Source of the DNA: Schizochytrium sp. TIO01 | Taxonomy: Eukaryota; Protista; Bigyra: Labyrinthulomycetes | Assembly: GCA_004764695.1 (NCBI GenBank) | Contig: SMSO01000035.1 | Coordinates: 620,001-684,000 of the forward strand | Length of the DNA: 64,000 nt | Direction: 5' to 3' | In this document: positions 41,064-51,800 of the stretch, one piece after another | Numbering within the stretch: the first letter of the stretch is position 1 | Layout: each line of letters begins with the position of its first letter | Notes under the pieces: model-generated | What the model was told of the DNA's origin: nothing | What the model saw: only the letters and a program-made list of their open reading frames with translations | Database searches by the model: none | Position numbers and translations under genes: made by a program

Positions 41064-43520
41064 ATGCGTGTTTCCTGTCGACTTTCCCGCGAGCAACACA
41101 AAGAAATTGCCACAAGCTGCACGTGGACCCCCGCAGGAGATGAACTCTTGACTTGTGCAGATGACCAGACTATCAAGCGCCTTCACGGAGACGACTTCAC
41201 TTTTGAGACAATAGTAGGTAACACGGATGGATTCATTACTAAGATGAGCTGGTGCCCAAGTTTAAACGAGCAACAAATGAGTGACACACTTGCTATCTGC
41301 TGTAGCGACGGTTCATTTCGGATTCTCCAGGGAAGTACAGGCCGGGAAGAGAAAAGAGTACAGAGCTACAATGCAGGTGCAGCAATCTCCATTCAGTGGA
41401 GCCTTGATGGCTCTGCACTTGCCACCGGAGGCGAGGATGGCACTGTGAAGGTCTGGAGTCGAGTTGGAATGCTCCGTAATACTGTAGCTACAACAGGTTT
41501 TCCTGTGTATGGTTTGTGCTGGGGTCGTCAAGACGAGTTGCTCTTTAGCGCCGGGAAGATGCTTATCATTGAGCAACGCGAAAGGAAGCGTACACAGTGG
41601 AAAGCTCATGACGCAACAGTGCTCGTAGTCGATTGGAACCCTGTGACAAATCTCATTGTGTCAGGCGGGGAAGATCGCAAATATCGAATCTGGGATAGCT
41701 TTGGAAGACAATTGTTTCAAAGTCAACCTATGGAACACGTGGTGACAAGTTTAAGCTGGTGTCCGAACGGCGAAAGTTTTGTTGTGGGTTCGTATGATGT
41801 AATCAAAGTTTGCGACAAAACTGGTTGGACTCATTCACGGGAGGACTTAAAAGACGCAGGGTCTGTTCTTTCGTTATCTTGGACACAGGATGGTACAATG
41901 CTAGGTGGTGCATGCGCTAGCGGTGCCGTTCTTGTTGCGCAGATTGCCAATCGATCTCTTGAATGGAAACACTACCAAGTACTTTTGAAAGACTCAAAAC
42001 AGCTTGAAGTTTACAATACAACAGAAGACACAACGGAGTCCCTTATATTCCGCGACCGTATCCTGGATGTAAGTATGGAGTTTGGCTATTTACTCGTTTA
42101 TTGTGCTACACCTCAGGTACATGTATATGCTTTGGGAAACCTTGGCACTCCACAAATCGTTGATGTTCCTTCCACTCGTTCGGCACTTCTTTTGCAAAGT
42201 TCCAAGGTATTTGTTGCTGCATGGACTGTTTTTACATACGAAGGTCGCCGCGTATGTGGACCACAGGTATTTAATGGCATCAATGTTCAAGGCTTGAATC
42301 GCAGTACTGTTGCGCTGAACGACAAGCTTTTAGCAATTCTTGAAAACAATCGGTCAACAATCCGTTTAGTAGATGTTAGCAGACAGCAGCCAATAGGTTT
42401 GATTCAACACAAGCTTGAAGTTGCGCAGATTGCTCTTTGCAAACATGACCACGACACGCTTGCATTTGTTGACCGTAATGGAGACCTTTTCATTCACTGG
42501 AGCGGGAAAAAAACATACAAACTGCCAGCAACAATGGTTCAGAGCATTGCTATGAATGACGAATCTGATGCTTTGGTTGCCTGTACTGATGGAGGAAATA
42601 AAATGGTTGTTTGGTATTATCCTCAGGTTGCTTGGGTCGATCAAGACCTTCTTGCAGATACAACAACTGAAGAGGAAACCCCTGCATTAGCTGCTAAGCA
42701 GCCTCAAATTGTATCATTTGCAGATACTCTTGTGACTGTTCGTACGCAAAATGGGTCACTCGTGACTAGCAGTGTTAGCAGGTACCCTTCACTGTTGCAT
42801 AAACTAGTTCTTGATGAGCGAAAATGGGAAGATGCAATTCGACTTTGTCGTTTTGTTAATCAGAAGTTCTTGTGGGCAATTCTGGCGGGCATGGCTTTAA
42901 AGATGACTCACCTTGACACTGCAGAGATTGCATTAGCAGCAACAGAGCATGTAGCAAAGCTCAACTTTATTCTATATCTTAAAGAAATTGAATCGGAGAA
43001 GGTGCGGATGGCTGAGTTAGCATTATTCCGTAGGGATATTGCAGCAGCAGAACAAATCCTCTTACATGCAAACCCTCCACTGCTTTACCGGACGATTAAA
43101 ATGAACATTCGCCTTTTTCGTTGGGAGCGTGCTCGCGAGCTCGTCGCACGAGATCCACAGCTTCTCAAACTTGTTGAGCTATATGAAAAAAGATGGAAAT
43201 CTCAAGCTGCGTTGACAGATGAAGAAGTAAAAGAGCTCAAAGCGATCAAACTACAATATTCTGAGAAACCTCAAGACGACGAAGACGAAGACGAAGACGA
43301 GGACGAGCGAGGTGGGGCACATAGGGGAGGTGATGGCCCAACAAAGTCTGCAAAACGGTCGGTCAGAGAAAATGCCAACGAGCCTCACAATAGCGACGAG
43401 GAGTCCAAACTTGGGGACCGTAAAGCAAGAGCACCCGTGCATGATGTGGAAGAAGAGGGCGAGGAAAGTGACACACAGAACATCGAACTCGTTACACCTA
43501 CTGAGGAAACTAAGTCTTAA
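41064..43520 (+). CDS. IFT80: Intraflagellar transport protein 80 (WD40, IFT-B)
   Basis: ATG at 41064 (MRVSCRLSREQHKEIATSCTWT). Motifs LATGGEDGTVKVWSRVGMLR, QWKAHD, SGGEDRKYRIWDSFGRQLF, CDKTGWTHS and WEDAIRLCRF match IFT80. Confidence 0.95.
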   Translation: MRVSCRLSREQHKEIATSCTWTPAGDELLTCADDQTIKRLHGDDFTFETIVGNTDGFITKMSWCPSLNEQQMSDTLAICCSDGSFRILQGSTGREEKRVQSYNAGAAISIQWSLDGSALATGGEDGTVKVWSRVGMLRNTVATTGFPVYGLCWGRQDELLFSAGKMLIIEQRERKRTQWKAHDATVLVVDWNPVTNLIVSGGEDRKYRIWDSFGRQLFQSQPMEHVVTSLSWCPNGESFVVGSYDVIKVCDKTGWTHSREDLKDAGSVLSLSWTQDGTMLGGACASGAVLVAQIANRSLEWKHYQVLLKDSKQLEVYNTTEDTTESLIFRDRILDVSMEFGYLLVYCATPQVHVYALGNLGTPQIVDVPSTRSALLLQSSKVFVAAWTVFTYEGRRVCGPQVFNGINVQGLNRSTVALNDKLLAILENNRSTIRLVDVSRQQPIGLIQHKLEVAQIALCKHDHDTLAFVDRNGDLFIHWSGKKTYKLPATMVQSIAMNDESDALVACTDGGNKMVVWYYPQVAWVDQDLLADTTTEEETPALAAKQPQIVSFADTLVTVRTQNGSLVTSSVSRYPSLLHKLVLDERKWEDAIRLCRFVNQKFLWAILAGMALKMTHLDTAEIALAATEHVAKLNFILYLKEIESEKVRMAELALFRRDIAAAEQILLHANPPLLYRTIKMNIRLFRWERARELVARDPQLLKLVELYEKRWKSQAALTDEEVKELKAIKLQYSEKPQDDEDEDEDEDERGGAHRGGDGPTKSAKRSVRENANEPHNSDEESKLGDRKARAPVHDVEEEGEESDTQNIELVTPTEETKS

Positions 43521-44183
43521 ATACTTAGAAAAAATAAACAGAATCTTGAATAGCCCCTTCAGTCGTGATTTCGTTCTCTAAAAAACTAGGAATTATGTTA
43601 ATAAGGGAAATAAGAAGCAAGCTTGGACCACCAGAGAAGGAAAGGCGGGGAAACGGTTTCTATATTGAGCATCTTAAGTGGATACTGTGCAAGCAGCATG
43701 ACGTCCTTGTCAAAAGGAAAGTACGAAAAGTCATTTGCACAGTGATTCTTGTCACTCCTGAAAGTTAAGACTTGCTAACCCAGAAGTTGTCTGGGGAATA
43801 TGAAGATAAGATACTTGAGGGAATCGTAAAAAGGATTTAGAAGAGTAAAGAGGCTGGTGCTTCTGAGTTAGTAATCAGCTGACCTCGAAATTATAATCCA
43901 GATGTCATTTTGATTTCAGTTTTGTATATCACTTATCGTGTTCTGAGTAACGTCTTATGGATATGAGGTTATCATGAAGATCCTCAACTTAAATCATAAC
44001 TTCTGGTTTCTGCTAGCTACATATTAAGCTTATAGACATATGTCAAATATACAGCTTTTCTCAGTAGCCACTATCAGTCAATTCGTTGAAGCTTTCTTGT
44101 TATATCTGGGCCTAATAATAAAGGATCAGCAAGGTTTTTACCTTACTCCATTTGCATGTACCTTCAATTCTTGATCTCAGCAG

Positions 44184-45266
44184 TTACATAATTCTAGCAA
44201 CATTCAAAAGTCCAAACAATAGAAATACTGCGGATCCTGAAAGCGCAACAGTCCGTTGGCTGATTTTGGAGGCAAGCAATCTACCTCCCCAAACAGCGAG
44301 TGAACTACAAATTCCATGTCCGATGATTCCACCTACAGTCACGCCAAGCGGGGAAGCGTCTGCTGCAAGAGTAATTGTGGAAATCTGGCTTCGATCTCCC
44401 CATTCAGCCAGAAATATGATTAGAAACGTTTCCACAAAAGTTGGTGTAAACATTTCTTTAAGCTCTTTCAATGCCGGTTTTGTAGAGATTTGAATTTCCG
44501 AGAAAATTGGTGACAAGAAACTTTTTATCGCTTCGAGTAGTGGCGTCAGTTCCAAGAAAACTTTATTCCATGCCAAGTTAGCTTGAAGCAGAATGCTACC
44601 AGCTAATGTTTCGTCTTCTGGGGCAGATGTTTGCATGAGGCGTGCTGATGATCGCCGCCGAGTTACAGCAACAGCCTTTGCTAATGAAGTAGTTGAACTT
44701 TTTCTTCGCGAGGAGCGTCTTGATTCCGATCCGCGCGAGTTTGACGCCCTGGCTAATAATGATGTCCTGCGAGACGAAGATTGCAAAACATCTGAGCTAT
44801 CATCTTCATCATTCTCTTCATCTACCTTTTCCACCTGGCCGCGGTCGAGAAAAACGCCATCTACAAAGATATCTCCATTAGATGCAATCGAGGTTTTAGA
44901 GTATCTTCGTGATCTACGCGCCTCAATGCTCCCTAATTCCTTCTCAACTTCTTCAATGTCCTCCAGTACATCATCAGGGCTATGCAAGCCGATCCAAAGT
45001 AATCGTGCCGAGAAAACAAAATAAAGAACCGTAGCTACACGATGAGTGAGTTCTGGGGATAACATCTGAGGTAAAAGGAACCCAAATGTCGTAGAAAGCG
45101 CTGTCATGAGCCACAAAGCAGACAGGGAAGCCGCCAAGATAATTGCACGAGGGTGTTGCATAGCAAGGATAGCTGCCATGATGAACGTCTCGTCTCCAAT
45201 CTCCGAGGCAATTGTCATGGCGAGCGAGCGGCCTACAGAATCTGCGAATCCTTTGTGAGAGCCCAT
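44184..45266 (-). CDS. GDT1: GDT1/TMEM165 (UPF0016) Ca2+/Mn2+ transporter
   Basis: Two signature motifs SEIGDETF and AEWGDRSQ, with two TM bundles separated by a charged loop. First ATG at 45266. Confidence 0.92.
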   Translation of the reverse strand: MGSHKGFADSVGRSLAMTIASEIGDETFIMAAILAMQHPRAIILAASLSALWLMTALSTTFGFLLPQMLSPELTHRVATVLYFVFSARLLWIGLHSPDDVLEDIEEVEKELGSIEARRSRRYSKTSIASNGDIFVDGVFLDRGQVEKVDEENDEDDSSDVLQSSSRRTSLLARASNSRGSESRRSSRRKSSTTSLAKAVAVTRRRSSARLMQTSAPEDETLAGSILLQANLAWNKVFLELTPLLEAIKSFLSPIFSEIQISTKPALKELKEMFTPTFVETFLIIFLAEWGDRSQISTITLAADASPLGVTVGGIIGHGICSSLAVWGGRLLASKISQRTVALSGSAVFLLFGLLNVARIM

Positions 45267-46711
45267 TTTAGAACTTCTAAAAAAAAGAGCAGAATTCCAA
45301 AGCAAATTAGCTCAACAAACGTGCCCTGAAAACTCGAGCTAAAGAAAATAAGAAGTTGGTGAGATTGTTGCAAACAAGAGGGCCACAAGTTGCAAACCTC
45401 TGAGTTCTCTCGGTAGCCGTGCGTGAATACTTTCAAACTTCTAAAGGAAGGCTCTGACAAAAGGGAGGAGGGGGCGAAGGGGAGGGTAGTGCGCAGCAAA
45501 AAGTATAAACCTGTCCTTGGAGCGTTTTTGCCTCTAAACTCTTCAACTAGTTTATTGAGGTTTTGACGCGCGTTGTTTACATGATGATGCGACTGCTCGT
45601 AGCGCGCGTGTCATGAAGGTGTGTGTACATTTGTTTCCCCGCACAACCTACCTGACTACTAAATAACCCTACTCGAGGATAGGACGAGGGTGGCTTCTGA
45701 TACTCCTATTGGCACTAGTAGATACCTCCTGTTGGCACGATTACCGATGTACGATGTAATGTAAAGGTCACTACTATCTGCAGACTCTCACTAGGCAGGT
45801 TTATTCTACCTTAGGCTAGCAGCTAGGTTAAAATCAAATCTACAAGTGTGATTGATACACAATGAGCTTTCAAAGTTTATTATTCTATGAAAATAGGTTT
45901 TGTCTTCTTCTTCCACATAATCATTTGAAGTAGGTAACTAGGTACTACTGCTGCCTAGGTCGTTCTCACAGCTTGAGAGGCTAATAGATATTAGTAGATA
46001 TACTAGATACACTAAATGTACTAATATTTTAAAACTTTTTTTTTCCAATTCCATAAAGTAAAAAACATAACCATTCCCAAAGCTAGTACCTAAGTCACCC
46101 AAATAAATGACGTCAAATGATGAATAGGAATAATCTTTGACTAGTATCATTCTCATTTCAGGTTGGGCAAATCGCAAGTAAAAACATATAGCTCATCACT
46201 CTCACCAGTCAGGGGCTATTGGTATATGTACAGAAACTCAACAACGTGTGATCGATCACTCATAAATGTAATACCTTACTAGGTACTATTGAGGGTAGGT
46301 AGTAGTAATACGTGCTGTTTTATGAATCATATAGGCGAAGTAAGGTATCTACTACCTTCAATTAGTTAGAGCATTTATTTTGCTACGAAAGCGAAAGCCT
46401 AAGTCAAATAATTACTTATTTTTTAGCCTACAATTGAATGACTAGGAATATGTCTACCAAGGTTAGTACCTACTAGCATCTACAAGAGAAATCATCAAAG
46501 AAGGAGAGCGAGAGCAAAACGGAGCGTGGAGCAGCGCAGGTTTGCAGTGGACGTAATAGTTCTTGGGGAGTAGCGTGGAATAAGAAAGCAAGATACCAAT
46601 TGGCAGGCAAATCAAATTGCGTGATCCTGGTCACCTTTCGGATTTATCTTCTCCTTTATCCTCGTTGGTTGGTAGCCCTGTCTCCAACCAACCAAAACTG
46701 AAAGGCGAAAG

Positions 46712-48493
46712 ATGACTGTCGCGGTAGTTGGCACAGCAACCCCTCATCCTGCACTCTTGGACCTCTGCACGAAACTCACCAAGCCATGGGGAGAAGAGCA
46801 GCCTCTTAAGCTTGTGACTCTGACTATTGAAGTCCATCAGTTGCTTTCTGAGGCAAAGGTTCCTCACCGACACGCTTTCTCGAGCTCAAAGCTTGGACTT
46901 AACCCAGACGAAACTATCTCATGCGTCGTTGTGGACCTCGCCACCTCCCGTGAACAGGCGAGGAAGCCCGAAGAGCAAGCTCTGGCAGAACTTCTGCGTA
47001 CAGCAGTTCTCGATGCAGACAAAATTCTTCCCTTGTGTAGTCCAGAGCACTACCAGATCGTATCGCGTGGAGTAAATGCTGTTCAGGGCGTGCAGCGAAC
47101 AATGCTTGCTCATCATGCCGCACGTATGCTCCAGGCCGTCGAAGAATCTGCGGTAATTCAGTCTCCTGGGTGGCTCACAGAAAAGGGCCAGAGCGTGCTG
47201 GTTCTTGGGGAGCTTTCCATGGCCACGGCTTTGAGCAAATCGCCCTGCGTCAAGGTTGTTCACTACGTGCCATTGAGTGCTGCTGCTGATACCACTTACT
47301 CAAAGGTCGACCAAAAAGTAAAGGTATACTCGGAACTTTTGAACTCTGACGATATTGCGAATTTCGCTCAAAAGGAGGAGTGCTCGCTGGCCTGTACCTT
47401 TGAGCACACTGTCCATGCCCAAGCTCTAATGCACGTAGGTGTCTCTTGCTTTGGTGCCCACCCTTGGGCTGCCTTTGATATGGGTAATATTGCCAACCTC
47501 GCAAAGCAATCAAACCTAGCATGTCTGGTTGAGTCTGAACCACTGGACATGGTTCTCGGGGGTACAGTGACTGCATTTGCTATTTCAGACGGAAAGTCTG
47601 TCACTTTGGCTCCTTGCGGTCTCTCTGCCGCCCTTGCTTCTTATTTAAGCGTCAACTTCTTTTTGCCACTGGTTGATGCGGCTTCCTCGGTAGGAACTCC
47701 TATTCAAGGTCTTTTCAAGCTAAAATTCGCCCTGACATCGATGGGCCCACGCCTTGTCATCGACTCTCCATCGCTCATGACTTCCGCAGAGGTAACTGCT
47801 GTTTTTGAGGCTTTAAAGAAGGATGCTTATGCCGTTCTTACTGCAGCTGCCAAACAATCTCTTCTCAGTGCTCATCCGACTTGGTCTGTGGAGGCGCATG
47901 ACCAAAGCGAGCCGGTTCATCTCGGAGTTCTAGGTTCTACACGTGGCACAGATATGCAGTTCCTCATCGATGCCATCTCCCAAGGCTGGATTAACGCTTG
48001 TATCGAAGTTGTGGTATCTAATAAACTTGATGCTTACATTTTGCAACGTGCACGGAACCACGGGATTCCTGCTGTTCGCCACGGCATGAAGGGTCTAAAG
48101 ACCCGCACTGAGTTCGATGCTTTGGTGACCAAGACGCTCGAGGAGCACAATGTGGAGTTGGTTCTTTTGATAGGGTACATGCGAATTATGTCTGATGAGT
48201 TCGTTGCTCGATGGGAGGATAAGTGCTTGAACGTCCATCCGTCGCTTTTGCCTGAGTTTGCTGGTGGAATGGATCTCAATGTCCATCAAGAAGTGATTGA
48301 TGCTGGTAAAAAGGAAACTGGCTGCACTGTACACCTTGTGACCACGGAACTTGATGGCGGCCCTATTATTATTCAAAAGCGTTGCCCAGTCCTGGGGACT
48401 GATGATTCGGACGTTCTCAAAGCTCGTGTTCAAGCAATGGAAGGGCCGGCCTTTGTGGAAGCTGTATGGAAGTTAACTGCAGATTCTTCATGA
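46712..48493 (+). CDS. purN: Phosphoribosylglycinamide formyltransferase (PurN) fused to degenerate PurH-like and PurD-like domains
   Basis: C-terminal ~190 aa contain LGVLGSTRGTD, VVSNK, LIGYMRI, NVHPSLLP and TGCTVHLVTTELDGGPI (catalytic N, H, D present). The N-terminal 400 aa follow PurH-N and PurD spacing patterns without their catalytic motifs. Confidence 0.9.
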   Translation: MTVAVVGTATPHPALLDLCTKLTKPWGEEQPLKLVTLTIEVHQLLSEAKVPHRHAFSSSKLGLNPDETISCVVVDLATSREQARKPEEQALAELLRTAVLDADKILPLCSPEHYQIVSRGVNAVQGVQRTMLAHHAARMLQAVEESAVIQSPGWLTEKGQSVLVLGELSMATALSKSPCVKVVHYVPLSAAADTTYSKVDQKVKVYSELLNSDDIANFAQKEECSLACTFEHTVHAQALMHVGVSCFGAHPWAAFDMGNIANLAKQSNLACLVESEPLDMVLGGTVTAFAISDGKSVTLAPCGLSAALASYLSVNFFLPLVDAASSVGTPIQGLFKLKFALTSMGPRLVIDSPSLMTSAEVTAVFEALKKDAYAVLTAAAKQSLLSAHPTWSVEAHDQSEPVHLGVLGSTRGTDMQFLIDAISQGWINACIEVVVSNKLDAYILQRARNHGIPAVRHGMKGLKTRTEFDALVTKTLEEHNVELVLLIGYMRIMSDEFVARWEDKCLNVHPSLLPEFAGGMDLNVHQEVIDAGKKETGCTVHLVTTELDGGPIIIQKRCPVLGTDDSDVLKARVQAMEGPAFVEAVWKLTADSS

Positions 48494-48809
48494 TAGATTA
48501 GGTTCCAAAAATACTGTAAGAGGGCATAGGCTCAGCCATTTTTTGCTTGCATCAGTGTATCTCATAAGGTATTTTTATAAACCCAATTCCATTTTTTTCC
48601 TGACTTAGCTTTGACTCTCTAAGAAATCATCACTAACCTTCTATTGTAAAGTCTTTTCTGCCTTATTTATGACTTTTCATGAATCTTCTATTGAAAAGGA
48701 AACTACAAGTTGAAATGATGCCTTACTAATTACAACATCATGATGATGTGATCTTGCAGTGAACAAAATTGGTTCATAAGTCCATGACAGATATAAATTG
48801 TCGGTGTTG

Positions 48810-51800
48810 TTACTGCTGTTGCTGTTGTTGCTGCTGTTCTTCCAATTGCTGAGAGTGAAGCTGTTTCAGTTTTTGCTGCTTATGAACAAAACCAACTAAC
48901 ACTTGACGGGCCTCATTCAAATGGCGTTGAAGAAGTCTCCGCTTGAAAGGAAGATCCTTGATTGGTGCGGGAGGCTTTGTTTGCTTTACATCTTGTGCAA
49001 CAATTGGGACAGTAATAAGCAGAATCTTAGATAGCACCTGCGCAAGACGCAAGACCGTCTGGTCAGCAAGGCGTTTATCTAAAGCCATGGTTGATGACAT
49101 GGATGACATTTCTGCAAGACCGAAAAGTATGTCTTGTACATCATGTCCAAATTCAACAGCTGGATGAGGGGTTCTTGATTCTTGTTTCCCATTTCCCCCG
49201 CTTTTTTCAAGTTGCAGCACACTTGCGCTGTATTCGTCTTGCTCGATGCTCGAGTTCAAAGATGAATAATCCGATACATCGTCGTCATGACAATCATCGA
49301 TCGCTGTATGCTGCAGATCAGCATCTTCTCTTATGCTTAAATCTGGAATCTGTCTTTGGATACTTGCGTCTTCATCAGAAGCACGATAGGTTTGTTCTTC
49401 ATCTTCTTCATCTTCCTCATCTTCAAGATTTTGGTAATGAAGTCCAGCGCAGGACGTAACACCTAAAGTATAAACTTCGACCAAGGTTGATGCACTATTT
49501 CCGGCAGATATTGCATTATTAACCTTATTCAGCTCTGAGGTACTCTCCGCCTGCTTCTCTGAAAGCGTATTTTCGTTGGGATCAGGGCGAGCTTGAGAGT
49601 TATCGTGGGTCTGACTCTGCTCTTTCCCAGGACCAATAATGAGCTTATTCATTTTGGCAAGGCGATCAAGGGCCTCGTTTCTCTCACGCTCTAAACGCGC
49701 AACTTGCTGCCGTAAATCTTGTACTGACTCTTCCTCGGTCTCAAGGCGAGCTTGCCACCGCTGGAGCGAGTGCTCAAATGCTCGCACCGTATTTTCTCGA
49801 AGCAAAAGGTTCTCTCTTCGCACAGATAAATCCTGCTCGGCACGTTCGATTTGCATTCGAGAACCATCTATCTCTGAACGACGTCTTCGCATATCTGCTA
49901 CAAATACTGCTTCTCTGCGAGCAAGGCTCATGGCTCTCTCACGCCTCTCACGGTCCACTTGTTCAGCTGCTGCTTCTACAAGCTGAGCTCGCTCTTGTGT
50001 CTCGTCATTGTATTCAACAGAATCTAAATACCATTGCCGCATCTCCTTCTCCCACGTTTTGATGTCTTCTAAGTGGTTATCAAAAGGTCGTTGACCAGAT
50101 TTAAGAGTGGTAATTGGAAATGTCGGCAGATCCTCCTCCTCATCAGCTTCATTATTTTCCAAGTCATTTAACTCTTCGTATTTCATGAACTCCTTTACAC
50201 ACTCTTCGTTCAGGCTATCTAGATCTGAGTCAGAATTTGATACAAATTCGTTCTGTAACTCCGAAGAATTGGCAGTCCATGTCTTATTTTCAAACATATC
50301 GCTATAGCCAGGCGTAGAAGAATTTACGCTGCTACTTGAGCTAGAATGATTGGGTTCATAGCTAGCTGAACTTTTATCTTCGAGGCTGCTTTCATTTTCA
50401 ACGTCGCTATTGCTACTAGAGTCATCACTTTCGTATCGCGTCAGGTATAAATTGTTGGACCCAAGAATCTCTTCCGCTTTGCTTGGAAGACGCTGGATTG
50501 ATAAAGGTGACCTATCTTCCTCGAAACTTTCGCTTAGTATTCCATCTTGAAAGCTAGGTTCACATTTATTAGAGTTTACGTCAATTGTCGATTCAATTGT
50601 CTGATTTACTTTTCCATCTTGCCACCATTGCTGAGTGCGTATACTGTATTGGGCCAACAGATCACGCGTTGAGTCTCCCAGAGCTACATTCTCCGTTGCT
50701 TTTGCTGTCAGAGTGTGAAAAACACTGTCAGGCAGCATTTCCTTTTCTTTTTCCTCTTCATCTAAACTTGCAAAGGAAGGCTTATGTTTTCTTGGCGATT
50801 CGCAAGTCTTGGAGGGATTTCTACTAACTAGTTGCTGCTTAGTTCGCTCTGATTTTGTACGAGTTGTGCGTAAATCCTTCGAGCGTTGAAATAGTGCCTG
50901 CTTTGGTACAGTCATAACACGCCGGCACAAAGATCCAAAAACTAGCGTCATTTCGGTCTCATTATCATTTTCAGCTGCTGTTGAAGCAGTGCATATGATC
51001 AATGTTATAGAGTTACCACTCAAGCTTTGTCGAAGAAGTCGCGTGAGAAGAGAGTTTCGATATGGCACAAATTGTTCTTGTATCTGGCAAGCAGTTAAAG
51101 AAGTCACAACCTCACGAAGGGCTAAAAGTGAACGATTCATATGGCCACCCTCCAAAAGAGCTTCTGAGGTAGAAGGCGTATATTTTTCAGAGCCTGCAAG
51201 GTCCACTAACATCAGAGTTGAAATACGACATTCATGAGTCTTTTCTGTTTGCTCATTGTTGAAAGAATGGTTGTCTTCATCTTTCACATCATCTCGTTGC
51301 ATCTCGACATAGAATTGGACAATTGCATGTGACCGTGATGATTTTGCACCAGTGCTTGTGTCCCTTGTGTGGCGTTGAGATTCTGCTTGTGCGATGAGAT
51401 CAAACACAGCGCGTGGAGATTCCACTGCAATTCGGGTTAGTCCTTCAATTGTTGTTCCAGTGCTGGGATCGTCACCTTTGATGCGAAGAGTTTCTGGCGT
51501 TTCATTCTCGTTTCTTTTGACCATAAGGTCGTGAATATGTTCATTATATATCTCCAAAAAGGACAGGTAGAGCCGAAAGCGGTGAGTTTTGCGTTGGTCT
51601 TGAAGAGAGTGAATTTCTTGGAAAAGGGATCCAATACAAAACTCAATGACACCCTCTTCACCATACATTGTGTGCGTTTTCCCGCTTCCTGCTTGTCCAT
51701 ATGCGATGATTGTTGCATTGAACCCTTCGATTACACGCTTTACTGCGCGCGCACCAACATTGGCAGAAACTTCTGCATTGGTATGATGCGGATCAAAGAC

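Noticed and set aside
45160-45215. EIGDET instead of E-x-G-D-K/R-T/S as an inactivating change in GDT1
   Set aside because: The EIGDETF variant is known in plant/algal members of the family, so it is not unusual
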